A DNA stretch of 64,000 nucleotides from Candidatus Buchananbacteria bacterium (lineage in GTDB: Bacteria; Patescibacteriota; Patescibacteriia; 2-01-FULL-39-33), in the NCBI GenBank assembly GCA_030650095.1, contig JAUSEE010000033.1, positions 26,757 to 90,756 on the forward strand, in the 5' to 3' direction. The notes under the pieces were generated by a model. It was not told the DNA's origin, searched no databases, and saw nothing but the letters and a program-made list of their open reading frames with translations. This document shows positions 18,337-27,597 of the stretch, piece by piece. The position numbers were made by a program, and so were the translations under genes. The number at the start of each line of letters is the position of its first letter. The first letter of the stretch is position 1.

Positions 18337-19500
18337 ATGAAAAATTTTGAAACAGGAGTAGAAAAAATAGAACCAAGAGAACTAGATGCCGAAGAGAAAA
18401 AACAATTGGGCCAAGTTTGGTCGCAGGTAATTTTAGGCCGCAGTGTTAAGCCAGAGAAGATAGAGGAAATGTCTAATGATGAACTTAAAGATTGGCTGTC
18501 GTCATCGCTTATGTCAGAAATCAGAATTTTAGCTGATGAGTGGGGCATTGCGCCTGATCAAAAATTAATTGAAGAAACCAAGGAAGATATTGAGGCGGCA
18601 GAAAAATCTAAGAGGCAGATGGCTTATATTCAAAAGTGTTTGGAAAATATTAATGAATTTGCCGAGCAAGATAGGGAAGAAAAAAGACAAAGAAGCCAAC
18701 ACTGGGATTCCTGGCCAGAAACCATGAGAGAAAATAAAGATTTTAATTGCGTGGGTGCTTCCATGCTTGGAGCTGACTTGCTTGATAGAGCTGAAATAGA
18801 AAATTATTATGGCAATCCATCCGGCCATATTATGAATGTGGTTAAATTGGCCGATGGGCGATTGGTTTATGCTGATTTTAGAAACGATCTTGTAACTGAA
18901 ATTAATCCGGAGGAAGTAGAAGTAGCGGGAATAAGAACTTTAAAAATTGATAATGATCTAATTGATTATCAATTAATTCCAGTAGTTGATAAAAATGGTT
19001 TGGCCGAAGCGGCTCTGGGCAATTTAAGTTCGCTTATCAAAGAAGCCAGTGAGAGCGATGTTTCTAACTTGAATCCGCATGAAAAAGAAGCTAGAAGGGT
19101 GGCCCAACAACACCAAAACCTTATTGAAGATGTAAGTGTCTATGATATCTATCATACTGTTTTTTCCGACAACATGTCTTTTCATAGTTCACTGGAAATG
19201 CAGGCCGAGGCGGAGAGAGTCCAATTAATCTATGATTTTGAAGATTCTTTAAAAGAATTGACAGCGGAAATAATAAATAGCCTTGGCCAAAAAGAATCTT
19301 TAAAATTAATGCTGGATAATGTTGATCAAATAGAAGAGTATCTGTCTGGAGCGGGGGAATTATCAAGCTTGCCTGATTTTTTAGGTGAAATTTTTAAAAA
19401 GGTTAAAGAAGCTTTGGCCGAATTGGCGCAAAAAGATGAAAAACTAGCCCTTAGAATGCAAAGTAAAATAATAGGGCGCATTAAAATAAATAATAAATAA
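18337..19500 (+). CDS. Hypothetical acidic protein (387 aa)
   Basis: Starts 4 nt after the large-subunit stop; Glu/Asp-rich helical N-terminus; no motif. Confidence 0.45.
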   Translation: MKNFETGVEKIEPRELDAEEKKQLGQVWSQVILGRSVKPEKIEEMSNDELKDWLSSSLMSEIRILADEWGIAPDQKLIEETKEDIEAAEKSKRQMAYIQKCLENINEFAEQDREEKRQRSQHWDSWPETMRENKDFNCVGASMLGADLLDRAEIENYYGNPSGHIMNVVKLADGRLVYADFRNDLVTEINPEEVEVAGIRTLKIDNDLIDYQLIPVVDKNGLAEAALGNLSSLIKEASESDVSNLNPHEKEARRVAQQHQNLIEDVSVYDIYHTVFSDNMSFHSSLEMQAEAERVQLIYDFEDSLKELTAEIINSLGQKESLKLMLDNVDQIEEYLSGAGELSSLPDFLGEIFKKVKEALAELAQKDEKLALRMQSKIIGRIKINNK

Positions 19501-19504
19501 TTTT

Positions 19505-19762
19505 ATGCACGATTTTCATTTGGCCGATCAGATTTATAAAACAATCATGGACTACGGCCAGAAAAACGGCTTAAAAAAAATAACTAAAGCCGAGATAGAA
19601 CTGGGTTCACTAGTAGAGCATGGAGAAGAAATTTTACCAGCCAATTTGGATTTTAATATTAAAATGCTGGCCGAGGGGGGCATAGCTGATGGTTTGGAAA
19701 TAAGTATCAAGAGAACGGTTGGCAATTCTTGGACGCTAAAAAACATAGAAGGAGACAAATAA
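19505..19762 (+). CDS. HypA-like protein, N-terminal (Ni-binding) domain only
   Basis: 85 aa; MHDFHLADQIYKTIMDYGQKNGLKKITKAEIELGSLVEH parallels HypA N-terminus (MHE motif and helix). The CxxC...CxxC zinc-finger half is absent. Confidence 0.45.
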   Translation: MHDFHLADQIYKTIMDYGQKNGLKKITKAEIELGSLVEHGEEILPANLDFNIKMLAEGGIADGLEISIKRTVGNSWTLKNIEGDK

Positions 19763-19766
19763 ATTT

Positions 19767-20945
19767 GTGAAAATAAAATCCCTAAAAGAATTAAAAAACA
19801 TAAAAGGCCAGAGAATTCTGTTGCGGGTTGATTTTAATGTGCCTATTTCCAGTGGCGGTAAAATTGACAAGAGCGAAGATTACCGCATCGTTCAAACACT
19901 GCCCACTATAAAATATCTGATTAAAAATAAAGCTAAAATAATCATAATGGCGCATCTTGGCCGCCCCGACGGCAAGGTGGTTGAAGCTCTAAGATTAGAT
20001 CCAGTGGCTGTGAGGCTATCGCACTTGCTTAAAAAAGGTATTTATAAGAGCCAGGATATTTTAGGCCAAGAAGTAGAAAAACATATAAGTGAAATGAAAG
20101 ACGGTGATATTTTAATGTTAGAAAATGTCCGTTTTGACAAGCGCGAAGAAAAGGGAGATAAAAAATTTGCTCAAGAGCTGGCCAAGTTAGGCGACATTTA
20201 TATCAATGATGCTTTTGCCGTTTGCCATCGCGATCAAGCATCGGTTTCTACTATTGCCGATTATTTGCCATCGTATGCCGGTTTTTTGCTGGAGGATGAA
20301 TTGAATAATTTAAGCGCTGTTATAAATAAGCCTATTAAACCGCTAACCGTTATAATCGGCGGAGCCAAAATATCAACTAAAATACAATTAATAAAAAGGT
20401 TTTTGACTCTGGCCGACAGCGTTCTGTTGGGCGGAGCCCTGGCTAATACTGTTTTAAATGTCATGGGTGTTACAACCGGCAAATCGCTGGTTGAGCCAAA
20501 GATGTACCCGATCATCAAAAAAATAAAATTAACCGATAATAAATTGCGTGTCCCGGTTGACGGTGTCATGGCTAAAAATTATGAGGCTAAAATTGGCCGG
20601 CTGGATGCCTTAGCCGATGTTAGACCAGAGGAGTTGATTTTAGACATTGGACCAGATACAATAAAGCTGTACGAGAAAATCATAAAATCGTCTAAAATGG
20701 TGGTTTGGAATGGGCCAATGGGATTGATTGAAACGCCTTTTTTCGCCAAAGGAACAGAGGACTTGGTTAAAATCCTGGCCAAATCCAAGGCTTATACGGT
20801 AGCCGGCGGCGGTGAAAGCGTGCAGGTAATTCGCCGTCTGGGCCTGGAAAAAAAGTTTAATTTTGTTTCCACCGGCGGAGGAGCCATGCTGGAATTTTTA
20901 GAGGGCAAAAAGTTGCCCGGTTTGAAAAAAATATTAATTAAATAA
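19767..20945 (+). CDS. pgk: Phosphoglycerate kinase
   Basis: 392 aa, GTG start; N-terminal RVDFNVP and full PGK architecture. Confidence 0.9.
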   Translation: MKIKSLKELKNIKGQRILLRVDFNVPISSGGKIDKSEDYRIVQTLPTIKYLIKNKAKIIIMAHLGRPDGKVVEALRLDPVAVRLSHLLKKGIYKSQDILGQEVEKHISEMKDGDILMLENVRFDKREEKGDKKFAQELAKLGDIYINDAFAVCHRDQASVSTIADYLPSYAGFLLEDELNNLSAVINKPIKPLTVIIGGAKISTKIQLIKRFLTLADSVLLGGALANTVLNVMGVTTGKSLVEPKMYPIIKKIKLTDNKLRVPVDGVMAKNYEAKIGRLDALADVRPEELILDIGPDTIKLYEKIIKSSKMVVWNGPMGLIETPFFAKGTEDLVKILAKSKAYTVAGGGESVQVIRRLGLEKKFNFVSTGGGAMLEFLEGKKLPGLKKILIK

Positions 20946-21935
20946 GTGAATATTATGAGAAGTAAAATTATTGTTTTCGCACCTTTGTTTTTGCTTTTAG
21001 CTCTTTTTTTGTTTCCCAGCATTAGCTTAGCGGCTGATGCTGACCTATCTGTTGAGAGCGTTTCTTTTTCACCGGCCCAGCCGCTTGTAAATCAAACGAC
21101 TAAAATAATAGTCAGAATAAAATATACGGGCAGTTCTTCTTTGACCAGTAATTCATCTGTAAACAGCTTGGCTTTTGCTCATAATGATTTCCAGCAGATT
21201 ACCAGTCCAGAGACCGGCGCATCTGTTAACCCCTCCAGTTCCAATCCGCTTTATTCGGGCACTTATTTCACTTATACTGTGGTGGGCAAATTTATTAATG
21301 CTGGCACAAAAACATTATCTCTCAAAATTGACTGGGCTAATAGTTTAGATGAATCCAATGAAAATAATAATCTGATTATGCCTAAGGTTGATGTTTTAAA
21401 ATCAGGCGACTTGATTAAATTGCCCAATGACTCGGCCATTTATTTGATTAAAGCTGATAATCAGAAGCACTTATTTGTTAACGGCCCGACTTTTTGGAGT
21501 TACCATCGTGGCAATTGGGGCGCTATAAAATTAGACGGCTCTCTGGTTTATATCCAACAAATTTCTCAAACAGCCTTTGATTCCATTGCTACCGGCAGCA
21601 ATATAGGCGTTAAGTCCGGTTCTAGGCTGATTAAATTCCAGAACAGTTCCAGGATTTATACTGTTTTCGGGCTGTCAAAGATTAAATTAATATCCGATCA
21701 AACGGCTCTAAGCTTGTACGGTTCAAAATGGAAAGATAAGGTTGTAACCATTCAAAATGGTTTTGAAGCTGATTACATCAGAGCTGATCAGGATTTCTTT
21801 GATAGCGACAGCGATGGCCTGTCCGATGAAGACGAGCGCAATGTTTATTATACCAATCCTTATAATAACGATAGCGATGGCGATAGTTACAAAGATGGTT
21901 CTGAAGTGTTTTTTGACTATAGCCCAAGTATATAA
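20946..21935 (+). CDS. Secreted protein with CARDB-like N-domain and C-terminal Asp-rich (TSP3-like Ca-binding) repeats
   Basis: 329 aa; signal peptide; DSDSDGLSDEDE and NNDSDGDSYKDGSE repeats at the C-terminus. Confidence 0.45.
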   Translation: MNIMRSKIIVFAPLFLLLALFLFPSISLAADADLSVESVSFSPAQPLVNQTTKIIVRIKYTGSSSLTSNSSVNSLAFAHNDFQQITSPETGASVNPSSSNPLYSGTYFTYTVVGKFINAGTKTLSLKIDWANSLDESNENNNLIMPKVDVLKSGDLIKLPNDSAIYLIKADNQKHLFVNGPTFWSYHRGNWGAIKLDGSLVYIQQISQTAFDSIATGSNIGVKSGSRLIKFQNSSRIYTVFGLSKIKLISDQTALSLYGSKWKDKVVTIQNGFEADYIRADQDFFDSDSDGLSDEDERNVYYTNPYNNDSDGDSYKDGSEVFFDYSPSI

Positions 21936-21959
21936 AATTAAATAATAATCATAAAATTT

Positions 21960-22754
21960 ATGCATGAAGACTGTTGCCAGGGTGAGCGTCATGCCCTGAA
22001 AAAAATATTAATGCCGATTGTCGGCATTGTCTTGGCTCTTTTGGGAGTTTATCTAATCTCTTTAACCAGGAATTCGCTTAAAAATTACGATTATATCGGC
22101 AAATCACCGGAATTCAAGAATATTATAACAGTTGATGGCACAGGCAAGGTAACCGCCAAATCAGATATTGCCATTATCAATGCCGGAGTTTTGACTGAAA
22201 AAGTTACAGTCGCTGCCGCTCAAAAGGAAAACACCGAAAAAATGAATGCGATTGTTAAATCACTTAAAGATGACTTTAAGATTGATGGCAACGATATCAA
22301 AACCAGCCAATACAATATTTATCCCCGCTATGATTGGACTAATGGCTCGCAAAGAATCATTGGTTATAGCGTGAGCCAATCGGTGGAAATAAGAGTGCGG
22401 GATTTTGATAAGATTGGCAATATTTTAGCCAAAGCCGCCGAACTGGGCACTAACACCTTAAACGGACCAACCTTTACTATTGATGATCCGGAAGTCTATA
22501 AGGCACAAGCCAGGGAAAAGGCTATTGCCCAAGCTAAAGAAAAAGCCAAAGTCTTGGCTGATCAAGTTGGCATTAAATTGGGAAACATTATAAACTTTTC
22601 TGAAAATTTCGGTTATCCTATTGCAAACACTTACAGTAACGATATGGCGTTTGGATTGGGCGGCGGAACAGAAAAATCCTTGCCGGCTCCAGATATCCAA
22701 GCGGGCAGTGAAGAAATCAATGTTACCATCAATATTAGTTATGAAATAAGGTAA
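21960..22754 (+). CDS. SIMPL/DUF541-family periplasmic protein
   Basis: 264 aa; N-terminal TM anchor; two-lobe pattern with a conserved coiled stretch AQAREKAIAQAKEKAKVLADQVG typical of DUF541. Confidence 0.6.
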   Translation: MHEDCCQGERHALKKILMPIVGIVLALLGVYLISLTRNSLKNYDYIGKSPEFKNIITVDGTGKVTAKSDIAIINAGVLTEKVTVAAAQKENTEKMNAIVKSLKDDFKIDGNDIKTSQYNIYPRYDWTNGSQRIIGYSVSQSVEIRVRDFDKIGNILAKAAELGTNTLNGPTFTIDDPEVYKAQAREKAIAQAKEKAKVLADQVGIKLGNIINFSENFGYPIANTYSNDMAFGLGGGTEKSLPAPDIQAGSEEINVTINISYEIR

Positions 22755-22783
22755 CAAATAGGTTTTATCAAAATAAAAGAAAT

Positions 22784-23398
22784 ATGATCTTAAAACCAAA
22801 AAGTATTGCATTGGTAGTCGCCGTAGTTGTAATTTTGATTGTCGGTGGAGTTTATGTTTGGCAGAAATTTAATAATTCAATTAAAGTATCACATCCAGCG
22901 GTAGTTGTTGGTGATAAATATATTCTTGATAAAGTAGGTAGTAATTATAATAAACTTTTTGAATACCAAGAAGGGTATTGTGGTTTAAATCCAAACTCAA
23001 ATCAGAAAGAATGTACCCTTATTTATGATTTTAAAGGAGTGGATGAAGACTTTGATATTCAATTTAGTATAACTGAAAATTATGAGGTAACAACTCAGGC
23101 TAATTATATTAAAATACCAAACTGCTTATCCTATCCAGAGAAATGCACTATTATACCCAAGTCAAAAGCAATAAAGATTGCTCAAGAGAATAAATTTGAG
23201 GGAGATGAAAAATTGTGGACGGTTAATTTTGATTGGGATGCACATTACAATACGGATGCTTATGTTTGGCAAATTTTTGTCACGACAGGACCCGGTCCAT
23301 GCGGTAAAAATGGACAAAATGTCGGTAAAGTAATGATAATTAGTGCGTATTCTGGAAAAGTTTTAGGTATAGAGAATACCGGCGGCGCCTGTTATTAA
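22784..23398 (+). CDS. Membrane-anchored secreted protein, paralog 1 of 3 (MILKPK family)
   Basis: 204 aa; N-terminal MILKPKSIALVVAVVVILIVGGVYVWQK is identical at DNA level (100 nt including 5'UTR) to paralog 2; variable Cys-containing ectodomain. Confidence 0.6.
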   Translation: MILKPKSIALVVAVVVILIVGGVYVWQKFNNSIKVSHPAVVVGDKYILDKVGSNYNKLFEYQEGYCGLNPNSNQKECTLIYDFKGVDEDFDIQFSITENYEVTTQANYIKIPNCLSYPEKCTIIPKSKAIKIAQENKFEGDEKLWTVNFDWDAHYNTDAYVWQIFVTTGPGPCGKNGQNVGKVMIISAYSGKVLGIENTGGACY

Positions 23399-23418
23399 TA
23401 AATCAAAATAAAAGAAAT

Positions 23419-23802
23419 ATGATCTTAAAACCAAAAAGTATTGCATTGGTAGTCGCCGTAGTTGTAATTTTGATTGTCGGTGGAGTTTATGTTTGGCAGA
23501 AGTCAACTCTTTCAGATCTGAAAGGGGCAAAAGAATTAGATAATGAAAGAGCTGAATGTGAGCTAAAAGGAGGCAAATGGATTAATCATGGAGATTTGTA
23601 TCCACCAAAACCGGTCTGTAATTTGCCAACAGCTGATGCCGGGAAAAAATGCACTGATTCTGATCAATGTGAAAGTTATTGTCAGGCACCAAAGAATTCT
23701 AAAATCGGAGTAAACACTACCGGTACATGTTATGAATGGAAACTTGCAGAATGTATGCAAGAAGTCAAAGACGGTAAAGCTGAAGCCACATGGTGTTATT
23801 AG
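23419..23802 (+). CDS. Membrane-anchored Cys-rich secreted protein, paralog 2 of 3
   Basis: 127 aa; same signal-anchor; 8 Cys in an ~95-aa ectodomain; ends WCY. Confidence 0.6.
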   Translation: MILKPKSIALVVAVVVILIVGGVYVWQKSTLSDLKGAKELDNERAECELKGGKWINHGDLYPPKPVCNLPTADAGKKCTDSDQCESYCQAPKNSKIGVNTTGTCYEWKLAECMQEVKDGKAEATWCY

Positions 23803-23850
23803 GGTATGAATTATTAATTAAAAACTGATTAAAAATTAATAATTGTTTCT

Positions 23851-24348
23851 ATGATCTTAAAACCAAAAGTATTGATTGCAGTAGTCATTATTATTTTGTT
23901 GTTAGTAGGAGGAATATTTCTTTATCGCCAGTACTCGATAAATACCGTGGCGGGAAATTATAATTTAGATGAGATGGAATGTAAATCAAATGGCTGGAAG
24001 TGGGTATCTAAATCAAGTGAATGTAATACGCCAAGAAGTAAACTTTGTCAGGAAAATTCAGATGGTACGCGTGATTGTATCAAAGATTGTGTCGAAGTAA
24101 AAAATTATGACGGCTGTAACAATTGCCAAGTGAAGGACAAAAAATTGGTAAATTGCACTTCTTGGGATTGCGCGCTTTACCAGGATCCTATATGCATTAA
24201 AAATAGACCAATAACTGAATCTTATTGTGCTGGATTTAACTATCAAAACTGCCCAAATGGTTGTGAGACGGGACCGTCGTGTTCAATATGTACGGATATT
24301 GGATGTCATATAGAAGGGTACCGAAATAATGCTGAATATTGGAAATAA
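23851..24348 (+). CDS. Membrane-anchored Cys-rich secreted protein, paralog 3 of 3
   Basis: 165 aa; MILKPKVLIAVVIIILLLVGG anchor (first 18 nt identical); >20 Cys. Confidence 0.6.
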   Translation: MILKPKVLIAVVIIILLLVGGIFLYRQYSINTVAGNYNLDEMECKSNGWKWVSKSSECNTPRSKLCQENSDGTRDCIKDCVEVKNYDGCNNCQVKDKKLVNCTSWDCALYQDPICIKNRPITESYCAGFNYQNCPNGCETGPSCSICTDIGCHIEGYRNNAEYWK

Positions 24349-24445
24349 TTACATAACTTTTTATTATAATTTTTTCTTCTATTGGTTACAAAAATAAAGA
24401 ATATTCCTAATTATTTAATGATCAAAAATAGAACCAATCAAATAA

Positions 24446-25717
24446 ATGTCTAAAATAAAAAAATTCATGGCAAAAATAAAATCAATCAAAGGACGTGAAA
24501 TATTGGATTCCCGCGGCAATCCGACTGTAGAAGTGGAAGTTGTTTTAGACAATGGCAAAAAAGCTTGGGCCGGTGTTCCATCAGGCGCTTCTACTGGGTC
24601 TTACGAGGCTTTGGAACTGCGAGATGGCGATAAAAAAAGATACGGTGGCAAAGGTGTTTTAAAAGCGGTTAACAATATCAATAAAAAAATAGCGCCCAAG
24701 CTGATAGGCTTAGATCCAACCAAACAGACAGAAATTGATAAACTAATGATTAAACTGGACGGAACAGAAAATAAATCTAATTTGGGAGCTAATGCTATTT
24801 TAGGAGTTTCTTTGGCCGTAGCCAGATGCGGCGCTTTTTCTACCGGTAAGCCGCTTTATGTCTACCTTAGAAAAAAATTCTGGCCCAAGGAAAAGCAGTG
24901 GAAATTTCCGGTGCCCATGATGAACATCTTAAATGGCGGCGCTCATGCAGGCTGGTCTATTGATATCCAGGAATTTATGGTTACGCCGCAGCAGAAAAAT
25001 ATAAAGGAAGCCGTCAGATGCGGCGCGGAGATTTTTCAATCTTTAAAATCAATTTTAAAAGATATGGGCTATCCGACGACCGTGGGCGATGAGGGCGGTT
25101 ATGCCCCATCTTTGCCCGGCAATGACAAAGCTTTATCTATTATGTCCCAAGCGATTAAAAAAGCCGGCTATGGCTTTGGCCAGGATGTTAAAATTGCCAT
25201 TGATGCCGCTTCCTCGGAATTTTTTAAGGATGGCCGATATGAAATGAAAGCCGACAAAAAAAATAGGACAGCGCCAGAGATGGTTAAAATGTATCAAAAT
25301 TGGCTGGCCAAATACCCCATTGAATCAATAGAAGACGGCTTATCAGAAGATGATTGGTCTGGCTGGAAACAGTTAACCAAACAATTGGGCCAGAAAGTCT
25401 CTTTGGTGGGCGATGATTTATTTGTGACCAATGTTAAAAAATTGAAAGAAGGCATAGCTAAAAAAATTGGCAATGCTATTTTGATCAAATTGAATCAAAT
25501 CGGCAGCGTGACCGAAACCGTGGAAGCGATAAAATTGGCGCAGAAAAATAAATATAAAATTGCCGTTTCACACAGAAGCGGGGAGACAGTTGATGATTTT
25601 ATCGCTGATTTGGCGGTGGCTTGCGGAGCGCAGTATATCAAGACCGGTTCTCTTTCACGCGGTGAAAGAGTGGCCAAATACAACAGATTGATGGAAATCT
25701 GGGATGAAGTAAAATAA
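24446..25717 (+). CDS. eno: Enolase
   Basis: 423 aa (alternative start at 24467 MAKIKSIKG); [17 protein letters not shown]-terminus and full enolase pattern. Confidence 0.9.
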   Translation: MSKIKKFMAKIKSIKGREILDSRGNPTVEVEVVLDNGKKAWAGVPSGASTGSYEALELRDGDKKRYGGKGVLKAVNNINKKIAPKLIGLDPTKQTEIDKLMIKLDGTENKSNLGANAILGVSLAVARCGAFSTGKPLYVYLRKKFWPKEKQWKFPVPMMNILNGGAHAGWSIDIQEFMVTPQQKNIKEAVRCGAEIFQSLKSILKDMGYPTTVGDEGGYAPSLPGNDKALSIMSQAIKKAGYGFGQDVKIAIDAASSEFFKDGRYEMKADKKNRTAPEMVKMYQNWLAKYPIESIEDGLSEDDWSGWKQLTKQLGQKVSLVGDDLFVTNVKKLKEGIAKKIGNAILIKLNQIGSVTETVEAIKLAQKNKYKIAVSHRSGETVDDFIADLAVACGAQYIKTGSLSRGERVAKYNRLMEIWDEVK

Positions 25718-25730
25718 TTTTAATTAAAAA

Positions 25731-25760
25731 ACAGTCCAGCCAAGGCGGGACTGTTTTTTA
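25731..25760 (+). terminator. Intrinsic terminator (acagtcc-agccaaggcg-ggactgt + U-run)
   Basis: 7-bp stem then TTTTTT, 13 nt after the eno stop; near-identical module at 58281-58308. Confidence 0.6.
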
Positions 25761-25907
25761 ATTGACAAAATCGTTTCTTTATGAGAAAATCCGGTTGTTA
25801 TAAGTTTAACATTAGTTCATTTAAAAATTTATTTAATAATCAGAAGCAGCCATTTAAATCAAAGACCAAATGATTTTTAAAGGATAACCCAGAAGGAGGG
25901 TGCCAGA

Positions 25908-27488
25908 GTGCTAGAAAATAATCACTATGACGCTGTAATTATCGGCGGCGGACACAACGGACTGGTTTGCGCCGCTTATTTGGCCAAGCACGGCCTTAAA
26001 GTTATAGTGCTCGAGCAAAGGCATATTTTAGGCGGAGCTTGCATTACGGAAGAAATAGCCGGCTGTAAGGTCAGCCGCGCTTCTTATGTTTATAGTTTGT
26101 TTTCGCCTAAAGTTGTTTCCGATCTCGGCCTTATCGCCAATGGCTTGGAGATTTTAGAAAGAGATCCACCTTCTTTTACGCCCATGCTGGATGGCCGTTA
26201 TTTGATATTGCATCAGGATATGAAAAGAAGCCAGGCGGCTATAGCTAAGTTTTCCAATTCGGATGCCCAGGCTTATCCGGTTTATGAGGCAATGTTAGAC
26301 AGGATTGTTCGATTTATTGAGCCGATTCTTCACCGAACACCGCCTGATTTTAACAATAAAAGGGATTGGTTTAAATTGTTACAATTAGGTTTTGACACAT
26401 TGAAATTAAAAAAAGATTTGCCAGTTTTGGCCGAACTGTTCAGTTTGAGTGCTTATGATTTTGTCACAAAATATTTTGAAAGCGAACCCCTAATTTCCAC
26501 TCTTTGCACCGATGGCATCATCGGCAGCATTGGCGGTCCCATGACGGCTGGCACAGCTTATGTCCTACTTCATCATGTAATGGGAGAGGTTAACGGTCAT
26601 CGTGGGCGTTGGGGTTATGTGAGAGGAGGCATGGGCGGTTTAACTGAAGCCATTTTGAAAACTTTTATCGTACATGGCGGCCAGTATCTTACCCAAGCCG
26701 ACGTGGCTAAAATCCTGATCAGAAACAGCCGAGCCGTTGGAGTGGTTTTAAAAGATGGCCGAATAATTAATTCTAAAATCGTTATTTCCAGCGCCGATCC
26801 TCATAATACTTTTTCGGTTATGATTGATCCAAAAGAATTGCCTAATGATTTTGAGACAGCTGTAAATAAAATTAATTATGCCAGCGCCACTTCTAAAATA
26901 AATTTAGTGATTGATGGCTATTTGCAGTTCCATTGTTATGCTGGCATTGTTTCTGGCACTTTCCACATCGGAGAAACATCCAAGGAAATGGAGAAAGCGG
27001 CTGATGATGCCAAGTATGGACGCATTTCCGATAATTTGATTTTGGAAGGCTGCGTGCCATCTGTAGTTGATAATACATTAGCTCCCGTTGGCCGGCATAT
27101 TATCAGCTTGCTGGTGCAATATACGCCCTACAAATTAGCCGATGGTGTGTGGAGCGATAGAAAATCAGAGTTGCTTCTTAAAACCATAGACCGATTAGCT
27201 CTCTATACCAATATCAATAAATTGGGTATTTTAGCAGCCGACGTGCTTACTCCAACTGATTTGGAAAATGATTTCAGATTGACCGGCGGCAATTTATTCC
27301 ATGGCCTAATGAACCCAAGCCAGCTCTTCAGTTTTAGGCCGGTTTCTGGTTTTGCTGATTATCGCACGCCCATTGCCGGACTGTATCTTTGCGGTTCCGG
27401 CACTCATCCCGGCGGCGGCATAACCGGCATACCCGGACATAATGCCGCCAAAGAAATTATCAGAGACAAAAAATGGTTCAAAAAGTAG
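25908..27488 (+). CDS. FAD-dependent oxidoreductase, phytoene desaturase (CrtI)/amine-oxidase family
   Basis: 526 aa, GTG start after AGGAGGG; dinucleotide-binding DAVIIGGGHNGLVCAAYLAKHGLKVIVLE and CrtI-like C-terminus. Confidence 0.65.
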   Translation: MLENNHYDAVIIGGGHNGLVCAAYLAKHGLKVIVLEQRHILGGACITEEIAGCKVSRASYVYSLFSPKVVSDLGLIANGLEILERDPPSFTPMLDGRYLILHQDMKRSQAAIAKFSNSDAQAYPVYEAMLDRIVRFIEPILHRTPPDFNNKRDWFKLLQLGFDTLKLKKDLPVLAELFSLSAYDFVTKYFESEPLISTLCTDGIIGSIGGPMTAGTAYVLLHHVMGEVNGHRGRWGYVRGGMGGLTEAILKTFIVHGGQYLTQADVAKILIRNSRAVGVVLKDGRIINSKIVISSADPHNTFSVMIDPKELPNDFETAVNKINYASATSKINLVIDGYLQFHCYAGIVSGTFHIGETSKEMEKAADDAKYGRISDNLILEGCVPSVVDNTLAPVGRHIISLLVQYTPYKLADGVWSDRKSELLLKTIDRLALYTNINKLGILAADVLTPTDLENDFRLTGGNLFHGLMNPSQLFSFRPVSGFADYRTPIAGLYLCGSGTHPGGGITGIPGHNAAKEIIRDKKWFKK

Positions 27489-27597
27489 CTAGTTATCAAA
27501 GCTCGCGTCTAAAACACGCGAGTTTTTATTTTTACCAGCTGTGGTTATCAATTGGTTTATTTGTGCTATAATAAATACAAATAATATCATTCAAATA

